A stretch of DNA of 64,000 nt from Clostridia bacterium (GCA_017464525.1 JAFTZM010000041.1:12435-76434), one strand, 5' to 3'; counted from the stretch's first letter, positions 20,145-28,886 are shown. Translations and numbers: made by a program. The notes: generated from the letters alone by a model not told the origin.

Positions 20145-20846
20145 TCACAAATTTGCTTTTTTCGCTTGGGTGTGCTGATCCTTGCGGGGAATGCGGTAAA
20201 GCTTTCCTTCCTTGATAAAACGGGCGCCGGTCTGCTTGAAATGAAAGGGGATCCCCTTTTCCCGGCATTGATCCCGCAGGGAAAGGATCCATTCAAAATC
20301 ACAGGGGCGCGCGTCGTTGCCGCTTTCGCCCCCTGCGGTCAGCCCTTCGATGGCCTCGGTCAACTTCCCATGAAAATCAATGGGAGAGAGCAGCGGCTCG
20401 CAGATGATCTCCTTATGCCGTGCAGGAAGGGCCAGCAACGCCGGCAGACGCCGATCCGCCTCCTCCTGATTTTCCATAGTAGCCAGGATGGTCACATGAG
20501 GGTATCCTTCCCCCCAATCCGGCGGCAGGCAGTCCTGCACCCGCAGGATGCGCTTGGTGATGATCATGAAATGCAGATCGCTCCGCATCCGGATCATATC
20601 CCATGCCTCCTCTCGCCAGGGATCCGCTTCTTCCAAAAAGAAATCGCTGGTCATGGAGGCAAAGACCACCGTACCGGCAGGAATTTTAAAATCCCCCCGG
20701 CGGTTGATGGCGATGGGCAGATGAAAATCCTTGTTCCGGGTCACCTCCGAAGCATCCCGCCCCACCGAGCCGTCCCGGCGGTAAACGTAGCAATAGCGGC
20801 AGCCTTCGGAATATTTACGGCAACCGTGCCAGGGATTCCATACCAT
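20145..20846 (-). CDS. DUF5131 (phage Gp37/Gp68-type) family protein
   Basis: The N-terminal WNPWHGCRKYSEGCRYCY is the family hallmark as I recall it. The start is at 20846, behind GAGGTG. Confidence 0.6.
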   Translation of the reverse strand: MVWNPWHGCRKYSEGCRYCYVYRRDGSVGRDASEVTRNKDFHLPIAINRRGDFKIPAGTVVFASMTSDFFLEEADPWREEAWDMIRMRSDLHFMIITKRILRVQDCLPPDWGEGYPHVTILATMENQEEADRRLPALLALPARHKEIICEPLLSPIDFHGKLTEAIEGLTAGGESGNDARPCDFEWILSLRDQCREKGIPFHFKQTGARFIKEGKLYRIPRKDQHTQAKKANL

Positions 20847-20882
20847 CCATCTCACCTCTGGCCCAATTATAGCACATCTTTT

Positions 20883-21827
20883 CTAAAATTGGAATAGTAA
20901 AAATAATTTTGTGAGAAAAAATGCCAGCAAGCCGCAGGCGGGAAAGGTGAGGATCCAGGCCAGGAACATGGAGCCGGCAATTTTTCGGTCCACCCGATCG
21001 GCAGCGCCCATCAGGGCGCAGGTCTTGGCGTGGGTGGTGCTCACCGGCAGCCCCTGCATGGTGGAGATAAAAAGGCTGATGGTTCCCGCCAGATCGGCGG
21101 CAAACCCCTCTTTTTGGCCGATCTGTACCATTTCGCTGCCAACAGTACGGATGATCCGCCCGCCCCCCAAAAGGGTCCCCAGCCCCATCATAACGCTGCA
21201 GAGCAGGGCTGCACGAAGATCCATGGAGAAGCCGGTGCCGGCGATGAGCATCAGCATGGAGGCAAATTTCGGGGTATCCTGTAGCCCATGGGCAAAGGCC
21301 ATCAACGCCGCCGAGACCCGCTGCCCCCATTTCCAGAAGGACACCGGAAATTTCACTTCCCGGAACCACCGCGCAAACAGCCAGCCCAGCAGATAGCCCA
21401 GCCCCACCGAGACCGCCAGCCCTACCAGCACCTTGCCGAAGGCGGTCAAGGAGATGCCGCCCTCCCCCAGCCCCATGGCGGCACCCATGATCCCCGCCAT
21501 CAATCCATGGCTTTCGCTGGTGGGAATGCCGAACCGCCAGGCGATCACCGCCCAGAGGATCACTGCCAGCAGAGCAGCGGCCAAGGCGGCGGTTCCCCGG
21601 CGGTCAGGGGAAAAATCCCCTAAAAAAAACACCGTTTTTGCCACCTTTTTCCCCAAAAAAAGGGCAGAAAAACCGCCCAAAATATTCATAAAAGTGGCCA
21701 TTACCACCCCCTGCTTCATGGTCATGGCCCGGGTGGAGACCCCCGCCGCAATGGCATTGGGGGCATCGGTCCAGCCGTTCACAAACAAGACCCCTAATAT
21801 CATGGCGATCAAAAAATACTGCAGCAT
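20883..21827 (-). CDS. PiT-family inorganic phosphate transporter
   Basis: FVNGWTDAPNAIA and GLPVSTTHAKTCALMG are PHO4/PiT signatures. I placed the start at MLQYF (21827). Confidence 0.85.
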   Translation of the reverse strand: MLQYFLIAMILGVLFVNGWTDAPNAIAAGVSTRAMTMKQGVVMATFMNILGGFSALFLGKKVAKTVFFLGDFSPDRRGTAALAAALLAVILWAVIAWRFGIPTSESHGLMAGIMGAAMGLGEGGISLTAFGKVLVGLAVSVGLGYLLGWLFARWFREVKFPVSFWKWGQRVSAALMAFAHGLQDTPKFASMLMLIAGTGFSMDLRAALLCSVMMGLGTLLGGGRIIRTVGSEMVQIGQKEGFAADLAGTISLFISTMQGLPVSTTHAKTCALMGAADRVDRKIAGSMFLAWILTFPACGLLAFFLTKLFLLFQF

Positions 21828-21863
21828 AAAAAAACACCTCATTCCATTTATATCGGAATGAGG
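21828..21863 (-). terminator. Intrinsic terminator of the AAA-protease gene whose 3' arm contains the PiT Shine-Dalgarno
   Basis: On the minus strand CCTCATTCC-GATATAAAT-GGAATGAGG is followed by TGTTTTTTT and then immediately by the PiT ATG. Confidence 0.65.
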
Positions 21864-21881
21864 TATTTTTATGAGTAAAAG

Positions 21882-24800
21882 TCAGGCACCCAGGATCTCA
21901 TCGATCTCCCGACCGGTGAGGTGATTTTTGGAGATGACCGTTTCCACCAACCGATCAATGGCCGGCTTATGGGCGGAAATGATCTCCACCGCCTTTTCCA
22001 GCTGGGCAGCTAAGATCCGGTTGACCGCCCGGCGGATCTCTCCGCTCTGATCAGCCCGGGGATCTGCCACGGCCAGGCCGAATTCCTCGTCCATACCGTA
22101 GGTGCACAGCAACTGCTGGGCCAGATGGGTAGCAGATTGCAGGTCGCCGCTGGGGCCGGTGGAAACACCGTCCTTTTCGCCATAGTAGACCAGCTCTGCC
22201 GCCCGACCGCCCAGAGAGGTACGGATCCGGGCCAACAGCTCATCCTTGGTATAGATGGCCTTGCCCTCGTTATCGCCGTGCTGCATATAGCCGCCATGGT
22301 TGCTGCGGGCGACCACTGTGAGATAAGAGGGGGTCTCGCCGCTGTGCCAGCAGATAAAGGCGTGACCGGCTTCATGGCGTGCCACCCGCTCCAGCTGGGA
22401 GATATCCCAATTTTTCTTTTCGCCGCTGTTGAAGGTTTCGAAGGCCTCCTCCAGAATGGCATCGGTCACCTTCTGGTTTCCGTCCCGGATGGACATTCTG
22501 AGGGCCAGCTCGATCACCGATTCCAGCTCGGCCAGGCTCATACCGGTGGAGCGCACCGCCAAATTATCAAACTTGGCTTCGCTGATCTCAAAGGCCGGAT
22601 TATGGGCGATCTTCAGCTTCAGATACTGCACCCGGTCATCCCGATCGGGCAGGTCGATATACACCCGGCGGTCAAAACGGCGCATCAGAGCAGGATCCAG
22701 GCTCTTTTCCCGGCCCGGCTCAATATCAAAATTGGTAGCAGCCAGCACAAATACTGGCTTGGAGGGATCGTTCTTAAAGCCATCCATTTCGGTCAGGAAG
22801 GCGGTGAGGGTGGCTTCAGCCGCCCCGGCATTATCGCCGCCCCGCCGCTCCTTGGCGATGGCATCGATCTCATCGATAAAGAGGATGGAGGGGGCATACT
22901 TCCGGGCGGTGCGGAAAAGCTCATGCACCTTTTCGGGACCTTCCCCTACATATTTCTTCAAAAATTGATTCCCCTCGGCGGTGATAAAGGTCACATCCGA
23001 CTCGCTGGCCATAGCCTTTGCCAGCAGCGTTTTACCGGTGCCCGGCGGGCCGTAGAGCAGCACGCCCTTGGGTGCCTGAACCCCGGTACGAAGGTACTTT
23101 TTGGGATTTTTCAGGTATTCCACAAAGTATTTCAGTTCTTTTTTGGCATCCTCTGCCCCGATCACCTGATCAAACCGCAGGTTGGGCTTGGATACATTGC
23201 TGAGCACATTTTCGGAATCGCCGGGATCCAGCGCCACCTTTAATGCAAAATCAAAGAGGCGGATCTCGGCACACTTGCCGCCCTCCGAAAGGGACTGGGC
23301 GGTTTCGAAGGTAACGATCTTATTGGATTTAGCCAGGTTGTTCATGCTGTTTTGCTGGTGTAGCTTGCGGCAGATCTCCTGCAGATCCCCCTCAAAGGTA
23401 TCTGTTGCAACGGAGATCACCCCCCGCACCCCCTGGCGCAGGAAGGAGATCCGCTCCTCGCTGTTATAGACCCGCTCGTCAGTCTCCAGCAGATAGATCG
23501 GCAGATCCCGGAATTTTTCCCGCACGAACCAGAAGAAATCCCGAGCCTTGGAGCGCACATCCTCCACATTGAGGACGCCGCCGTCTGCCTCCTCGCCGTT
23601 CAAAAGATCCAGCAGGATCAGCTGAACGTCCTCTTTTTTCAAAAGCTTTGCAGCCTCCTCGGGGTTCTCGGCGGAAAGAATATTGCAGAACCCGGCCTTG
23701 GCCCGGCAGCTCTCGGCGATCTGCTCCGAAGCAAAGACCAGAACCTCCGGCTTCTCCTGATGCCGGAAAAGGCTCATCAGCTCTTCATTCTCCTCCGGCA
23801 GCTCTACCCGGATCCGGATGGACTCGATATCATTCACATCGGTGGCCACGCTATCGGTGGAGACCAGCCGGAACAGCTCGTATAATTCATCATCAAAGAA
23901 GGCTTCGGCCCGGCTGCGCACCGTTCTGGCATCGGCAGCGCCGCCCTCGGCAAAAAGCAGGGCAGTATGTACCGTTTCATCGATCTCTACCTGAATGCCG
24001 ATCTCCTTTTCAAAGTTCCCGGCGTGGCGAAGCACCTCCCGCTTGGCAATATCCCGCAGATTATGAGCAGAGATATGGTTGAACATCACCACATTACCGG
24101 AAGCAAACCGGGAGCAGATGGCTGCCGGGAAGAAGGGGGCGCCGGTGGCGGGATTCACATCCTGCTGCAGAGCCTTCAGGATCACCTTCCGGGAAAGATC
24201 GGAAAAATCACCGGAATCGCTGTTTTCATAAAGGGGGCGCCCGGCATTGGTGGTAAAGATAATGATGGCATCCGAGAAGGAGACCTCCGTATCGGTGAAA
24301 TTATCCCGCAGGCGGCCGGCATCCAGCAACTGTAAAAAGAGGTGGATCACGCTGATATGCGCCTTTTCGATCTCATCGAAGAGCAGCACGCACTTAGGAT
24401 TTTTCTCCACAAACCCGGTGATGTTACCGGCCTTACCGTTTTTATAGACCTTATCGGAGCCGCAGAATTCGATGGTGGCTTCGTTATCGGCATATTCGCT
24501 CATATCTGCCCGCAGGAAGGGAAGCTCCAGAATTTCAGCCGCCTTTTCGGCCAGGAAGGTCTTCCCCACGCCCGGAGGGCCTGCAAAGAGATAGGTGGCC
24601 CGGGGGCGCACCCGCTTTTTATCGGTCATGGAAAGCAGCTCGCCCTGGAAGTAGCCGGTGGTAAAGACACTCACCGCATTATCCTGGCCGAACACCGCTT
24701 CGGAAAGGGCCTTCTGGATCTCCTTCACCCGATGGATGGTGGCAGCAACAGCAGCCTTAGATCCGCCCGGTTCTTCAGCAGGCTTTTCTTCCTTTTTAGC

Positions 24801-25259
24801 AGGCGCTGCTTCCTCTTCCATGATCATCTGCACTTTTTCAGGAGCAGCACCGCCCGCCTTGTTCACGGACAGGCATTGCTTCAAAATAGCGCTGGGCTCC
24901 TGCAGCAGGCAATCCAGCATCAGATCGGCAGTGACCTCTGCAAGCCCCAGCTCTTTGGCACGGCCCTTGGCCACCATCAGCTTGGTCTGGAAGTAAATAT
25001 TATCCCAAGCGCTCATCTGGTGATCTTTGATCTGCGCCAGCAGATCCCGCTGCAGCCGGGGCAGATCCAGATGGGCGGCCTCCGCCATCTTCAAAAAGCC
25101 GGTGAGCTCCTGCTTACTTTCATTTTTATACTTCGGATCGGTCACATAGGTGATCACCGTCACCATCAACTTTTCCGCTGTGATGGTACCGCCCTCTCCG
25201 ATCTTTCTTGCACTTTCGATAAACAGATCCAATAATCTGCTGTTTTGCATTTCAGCCAT
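21882..25259 (-). CDS. Soluble multi-domain AAA+ protease: N-terminal helical domain + ClpA/B-D2-type AAA + REC-like domain + FtsH-type AAA + M41 zinc peptidase, with no TM segment
   Basis: 1125 aa. The first AAA module has GPPGVGKT (aa 227-233) and VLLFDEIEKAHISVIHLFLQLLDAGRLRD (Clp D2 pattern). Residues about 505-600 read VLVFAS...LILLDL...IYLLET (receiver-like). The second AAA module has GPPGTGKT (737-743), ILFIDEIDA and LDPALMRRFDRRV (FtsH-type SRH). The peptidase shows HEAGHA (22362-22376) and GPSGDLQSAT. Confidence 0.8.
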   Translation of the reverse strand: MAEMQNSRLLDLFIESARKIGEGGTITAEKLMVTVITYVTDPKYKNESKQELTGFLKMAEAAHLDLPRLQRDLLAQIKDHQMSAWDNIYFQTKLMVAKGRAKELGLAEVTADLMLDCLLQEPSAILKQCLSVNKAGGAAPEKVQMIMEEEAAPAKKEEKPAEEPGGSKAAVAATIHRVKEIQKALSEAVFGQDNAVSVFTTGYFQGELLSMTDKKRVRPRATYLFAGPPGVGKTFLAEKAAEILELPFLRADMSEYADNEATIEFCGSDKVYKNGKAGNITGFVEKNPKCVLLFDEIEKAHISVIHLFLQLLDAGRLRDNFTDTEVSFSDAIIIFTTNAGRPLYENSDSGDFSDLSRKVILKALQQDVNPATGAPFFPAAICSRFASGNVVMFNHISAHNLRDIAKREVLRHAGNFEKEIGIQVEIDETVHTALLFAEGGAADARTVRSRAEAFFDDELYELFRLVSTDSVATDVNDIESIRIRVELPEENEELMSLFRHQEKPEVLVFASEQIAESCRAKAGFCNILSAENPEEAAKLLKKEDVQLILLDLLNGEEADGGVLNVEDVRSKARDFFWFVREKFRDLPIYLLETDERVYNSEERISFLRQGVRGVISVATDTFEGDLQEICRKLHQQNSMNNLAKSNKIVTFETAQSLSEGGKCAEIRLFDFALKVALDPGDSENVLSNVSKPNLRFDQVIGAEDAKKELKYFVEYLKNPKKYLRTGVQAPKGVLLYGPPGTGKTLLAKAMASESDVTFITAEGNQFLKKYVGEGPEKVHELFRTARKYAPSILFIDEIDAIAKERRGGDNAGAAEATLTAFLTEMDGFKNDPSKPVFVLAATNFDIEPGREKSLDPALMRRFDRRVYIDLPDRDDRVQYLKLKIAHNPAFEISEAKFDNLAVRSTGMSLAELESVIELALRMSIRDGNQKVTDAILEEAFETFNSGEKKNWDISQLERVARHEAGHAFICWHSGETPSYLTVVARSNHGGYMQHGDNEGKAIYTKDELLARIRTSLGGRAAELVYYGEKDGVSTGPSGDLQSATHLAQQLLCTYGMDEEFGLAVADPRADQSGEIRRAVNRILAAQLEKAVEIISAHKPAIDRLVETVISKNHLTGREIDEILGA

Positions 25260-25326
25260 TTTGATTACCCTCGCTATTTATGGTATGATATATTATTATA
25301 TAAACAAAATACGACATTGTCAATTT

Positions 25327-26478
25327 TTAATTGCTCCACAAGGAGCAGATCGCCCGGATCAGCTTTTCTTCGCCGATGGTATCCACCTCGTCCACCACCT
25401 GAATGCCCATATCCTCGGCCCGGGTGTGGATATATTCCCCCTTCAGCTTCATTTTTTCCAGCTCGGAGGCAACAAGAACTCTTTTGGCATATTTTCCGCC
25501 GAACCGGCGGGCAACGGTATTGAGCTTATACAGCTCGTCCACCTCCATCTGCCCGTTTTTGCAGGAAATGAAGATAGGTACCAGCCCCTTCATCAGCAAA
25601 ACATCCACTTCATTGCGCACCTGAGATTCCTCATCCCCGGAAAAGCCATGCCAATCGATCATCCCACCGCACAAAATATCGTTATAAAGCGGGCGCCCTT
25701 TTTTATCAGTCTGCCGTGAAGCAAGAAGGGTGATCTTCAGTTCCAGAATGGTGCCAGCCTTGGAAAGGCAGCGCTGCACCTGCTCATTTTTATAGATGAT
25801 CCGCCCCTCCTCGCAGCGGATCACCGCCGCCAGTTCCAATTCCTTCAATAGCGCCGGATCCGGCATCTGGGGCGGCTGCTCCAGCCCCGCCAGCAGCGTG
25901 ATCTGGCTGTTCCAATGGGTGGCATCCCGGCGGCAAATCTCCCACATATCGTTAATATCTGCGCAGAAATCCTCACTGAAATCCCAGCGATAGGTACCCA
26001 GCGTATCCTCTTCCTCATAAACGATCCGGCCGCCGTAGGCCCAGATGTTCTCTTCAATCGTCATGACAGCCGGCTCCGCCGCCATCAGGTTTCCATCGGC
26101 ATCGCAATCGGTCAGACTACCGTTGCGAATATTAAAGCGGTGCAGCTGCACCCGCTCGCTGCCGAAGTATTCAAATAAAATGCCGATGGCCACTAAGTAA
26201 AGATCATCGCCCCCCGCCAGATCGAAGGTGCAGACTCCATACTTTTCCACCAGCGCCATCAGCTCTTCTATAATATTGGTCAGGTTGTTTTTATTCACCA
26301 CCCGGTGATCAAATTCCACCGGGATCTCCCGGCCCCGGGCGATCCGTTGATAGTTTTCTATGGCCCGCAGCATTTGCTTGCGGTTACTGCCGATGAAGAT
26401 CACATGATCCGGCCGGCAGAGCAGCGTGCTCACGATATTTTCTATGGCATTATCATCAAAAAATTCAATAACGGTCAT
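25327..26478 (-). CDS. CARF-domain protein with a C-terminal PD-(D/E)xK-like nuclease fold (Card1/Can2 / DUF1887-like)
   Basis: 383 aa from MTVIEFFDD. The track's upstream extension lies in AT-rich promoter DNA. The N-terminal Rossmann-like region has HVIFIGSN and FDLAGGDDLYLVA. The C-terminus has EVDVLLMKGLVPIFISCKNG, a D-x13-S-x-K motif. I assign the family from memory of the DUF1887/Card1 architecture. Confidence 0.55.
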   Translation of the reverse strand: MTVIEFFDDNAIENIVSTLLCRPDHVIFIGSNRKQMLRAIENYQRIARGREIPVEFDHRVVNKNNLTNIIEELMALVEKYGVCTFDLAGGDDLYLVAIGILFEYFGSERVQLHRFNIRNGSLTDCDADGNLMAAEPAVMTIEENIWAYGGRIVYEEEDTLGTYRWDFSEDFCADINDMWEICRRDATHWNSQITLLAGLEQPPQMPDPALLKELELAAVIRCEEGRIIYKNEQVQRCLSKAGTILELKITLLASRQTDKKGRPLYNDILCGGMIDWHGFSGDEESQVRNEVDVLLMKGLVPIFISCKNGQMEVDELYKLNTVARRFGGKYAKRVLVASELEKMKLKGEYIHTRAEDMGIQVVDEVDTIGEEKLIRAICSLWSN

Positions 26479-26508
26479 TTTTCTATCCGATCCAACATTT
26501 TTTCTTCT

Positions 26509-26537
26509 ATTATAAAGGTCTTTAGATACAAAATCAA
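26509..26537 (-). promoter_or_regulatory. Promoter of the CARF / AAA-protease operon
   Basis: On the minus strand: TTGATT (26537-26532), a 17-nt spacer, then TATAAT (26514-26509), about 30 nt upstream of the ATG at 26478. Confidence 0.55.
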
Positions 26538-26930
26538 GAAAAAAAATAACCCCTGGCCGGTTGTGTCTTTCACCCACATCCAAGCCAAGGGTCATTGCTG
26601 TTCACTCTTGATATCTAACATCCTTTTAACCTCTCTTTCTACGGTTTTCTGCTGCCTTCTTCATCCGAATGCTCCCACACGTCTTTCTACCTTCCTCTTA
26701 AAGTGAGTTTCTCTCATGCGATAAATACTTCCTTTTGAAGGCTGCAGATGTTGTTCGGTTCTATTTTTTTAGCCCCGAACCGTCAGGCTGCTTACCTGTA
26801 CATTGGTATCACCCTTTCTTTGACTATATAATAGCATAATTTTTATCCACTTTCAATTCGCAATTTGTATAAAATTACCCGTTTTTATTTATATAAAACA
26901 CAGAAATTACGCGCTCCATCCAATTTTTTA

Positions 26931-26959
26931 TTGACACCGCAGTGTTTTTCTGTTATACT
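26931..26959 (+). promoter_or_regulatory. Near-consensus promoter driving a non-coding unit
   Basis: TTGACA (26931-26936), a 17-nt spacer, then TATACT (26954-26959). Confidence 0.65.
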
Positions 26960-26965
26960 GAATAT

Positions 26966-27214
26966 GTTGAGCGTATAAAGACCCCGCCGATGTCATGCAT
27001 CGGCGGGGTCTTTCAGCCTGTCAATGCGAAGTATTGGATGTAATCCACCGTAGGTGGCATGTAATCAATCCGAAGGAAGAAACATACAAAGCTTACGCTT
27101 TGATGACATACAGTTCACAAAGCGAACTGATTACATACTCGCTAACGCGAGATTACATACCAATCCTTCGGATTGGATAAAAAAAGAACGAAGCGATTGC
27201 TTCGTTCTTTTTTT
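26966..27214 (+). ncRNA. Candidate structured small RNA (about 250 nt) with four ATGTAATC/GATTACAT octamers
   Basis: It is bracketed by the promoter at 26931-26959 and the terminator at 27179-27214. A 16-bp hairpin lies at 26977-27013. Octamers occur at 27038, 27059 (ATGTAATC) and at 27129, 27151 (GATTACAT). Short hairpins are interleaved: CCACC-GTA-GGTGG, CAAAGC-TTAC-GCTTTG, CTCGC-TAAC-GCGAG and CAATCC-TTCG-GATTGG. I see no RBS-led ORF. Confidence 0.45.
27179..27214. terminator. Bidirectional terminator shared by the candidate sRNA (+) and the tRNA-Val gene (-)
   Basis: A7, then AGAACGAAGC-GATT-GCTTCGTTCT, then T7. Confidence 0.8.
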
Positions 27215-27290
27215 GGTGGAGACAACTGGAATCGAACCAGTGACCCCTTGCATGTCAAGCAAGTACTCTAACCAGCTGAGCTATGCCTCC
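27214..27290 (-). tRNA. tRNA-Val (anticodon GAC), with CCA encoded
   Basis: The reverse complement is GGAGGCATAGCTCAGCTGGTTAGAGTACTTGCTTGACATGCAAGGGGTCACTGGTTCGATTCCAGTTGTCTCCACCA. I folded the cloverleaf by hand: a 7-bp acceptor stem with one G-U pair, anticodon loop TTGACAT, and T-loop TTCGATT. Confidence 0.9.
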
Positions 27291-27302
27291 ACGGGCTTGT
27301 TT

Positions 27303-27331
27303 ATTATACAATACGGGGGCTGAATTGTCAA
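27303..27331 (-). promoter_or_regulatory. Consensus promoter for tRNA-Val
   Basis: On the minus strand: TTGACA (27331-27326), a 17-nt spacer, then TATAAT (27308-27303). The -10 element ends about 12 nt before the mature tRNA 5' end. Confidence 0.7.
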
Positions 27332-27348
27332 CCCCCGTATTTATTTTT

Positions 27349-28092
27349 TTAAAGAACCTTTGCCAGGAAGTCCTGCAGGCGAGGGCTCTTGGGGTGATTG
27401 AAGATCTCATCGGGAGTCCCCTGCTCGATCAAGGTACCCTCATCCATGAACACCACCCGGCTGCCCACCTCACGGGCAAAGCCCATTTCGTGGGTCACCA
27501 CCACCATGGTCATTCCTTCCTTTGCCAGCTGCTTCATAACATCCAGAACCTCACCTACCATCTCGGGATCCAGGGCGGAGGTGGGCTCATCAAAGAGCAG
27601 CACATCGGGATCCATGCAGAGTGCACGCACGATCGCCACCCGCTGCTTCTGGCCGCCGGAAAGCTGGCTGGGGTATGCACCGGCACGGTCGCCAAGCCCC
27701 ACCCGCTCCAAAAGCTCCAGCGCCTTAGCCTCTGCTTCGGCCTTGGGCACCTTTTTCAGCTTCATGGGAGCGAGGGTCATATTTCTCAGAATAGTCATAT
27801 GGGGAAAGAGGTTAAAATGCTGGAACACCATTCCCATCTTCTGGCGGTGCAGGTTGATATTGACCTTCTTGCCATTGATGTTCACACCGTCTACCGTAAC
27901 GGTGCCTGCGGTGGGAGTCTCCAGCAGGTTGAGGCTGCGCAGCAGGGTGGATTTACCGCTGCCGGAGGGGCCGATAACCACTACCACCTCGCCCCGGGCG
28001 ATCTCGATATCCACACCGTCCAGCGCCTTGATGGCGCCGTTTTTATAGTGCACCTTTAAATTATCAACTTGAATAAGAGGTTCAGCGCTCAC
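27349..28092 (-). CDS. Polar amino-acid ABC transporter ATP-binding protein (GlnQ-like)
   Basis: 247 aa. [37 protein letters not shown]. Confidence 0.9.
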   Translation of the reverse strand: MSAEPLIQVDNLKVHYKNGAIKALDGVDIEIARGEVVVVIGPSGSGKSTLLRSLNLLETPTAGTVTVDGVNINGKKVNINLHRQKMGMVFQHFNLFPHMTILRNMTLAPMKLKKVPKAEAEAKALELLERVGLGDRAGAYPSQLSGGQKQRVAIVRALCMDPDVLLFDEPTSALDPEMVGEVLDVMKQLAKEGMTMVVVTHEMGFAREVGSRVVFMDEGTLIEQGTPDEIFNHPKSPRLQDFLAKVL

Positions 28093-28807
28093 TGTTTTTC
28101 AGCCTCCTTTCCAATTTACCGACACACCAGGAGAAGAACATGACCATGATCAGATAAACGGCGGCCACCGCAAAGAGCGGCCAGAAACTCTGATAGGTCA
28201 CGCCCCGGATAATATTGGCGCCCCGGGTAAGATCGGTCACGCCCACATAGCCGGCGATGGCCGTTTCCTTCAGCAACACGATAAATTCATTGGCCAGGGC
28301 AGGCAAAATACTCTTAAAAGCTTGGGGGATCACAATATACCACATGGTTTGGGCATAGCCGAAGCCCAAGGAGCGGCCGGCCTCGCTCTGGCCGGGATCC
28401 ACCCCCATAATACCGCCCCGGATGATCTCTGCCACATAAGCACCGGAATTGATACCAAAGGCGATAACGCCGCAGAGCATCTTATTGTTGGAGCTGGCCA
28501 TGATGATGAAAAAGATGATCAGGATCTGCACCATAGAGGGGGTGCCCCGGATGACGGTAAGGTATACCTTACAGATCCAGTTGCCGATGGCAAGAAAGAT
28601 GCGTCCCGGGCCGCTCATATGCTGATACTGCTTATCGTATGTAGAGCGGATGGCGGCGATGACTACACCCAACACAACACCCAGGATCAAAGAAAGAAAT
28701 GTAAGGATCAGGGTATTCTGGATGCCCTCCACAATATACTTCCAGCGGTTATCCTCGATAAACGCTGTGTGGAAATCCCTCCACAGCGTGAGAAAAAACT
28801 CTTGCAT
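28082..28807 (-). CDS. Amino-acid ABC transporter permease (His/Glu/Gln/Arg/opine family)
   Basis: 241 aa and polytopic. It has an [25 protein letters not shown]-loop and overlaps the ATPase gene by 11 nt. Confidence 0.85.
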   Translation of the reverse strand: MQEFFLTLWRDFHTAFIEDNRWKYIVEGIQNTLILTFLSLILGVVLGVVIAAIRSTYDKQYQHMSGPGRIFLAIGNWICKVYLTVIRGTPSMVQILIIFFIIMASSNNKMLCGVIAFGINSGAYVAEIIRGGIMGVDPGQSEAGRSLGFGYAQTMWYIVIPQAFKSILPALANEFIVLLKETAIAGYVGVTDLTRGANIIRGVTYQSFWPLFAVAAVYLIMVMFFSWCVGKLERRLKNSER

Positions 28808-28886
28808 TATTTTTTACCTTTCAATGCTTTAGTTAGAATTCAAGGGCTGCATAGATACAGCCCTTGATCTTTATTTAGTCATATGA

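Noticed and set aside
26995-27180. 61-aa ORF inside the candidate sRNA.
   Set aside because: It has no Shine-Dalgarno, starts inside a 16-bp hairpin, and its sequence is dominated by repeated octamers and hairpins.
27179-27348. tRNA-Val considered as an integration site for a genomic island or prophage.
   Set aside because: There is no integrase, and I noticed no second copy of the tRNA 3' end in the window. The flanking genes are ordinary chromosomal functions.
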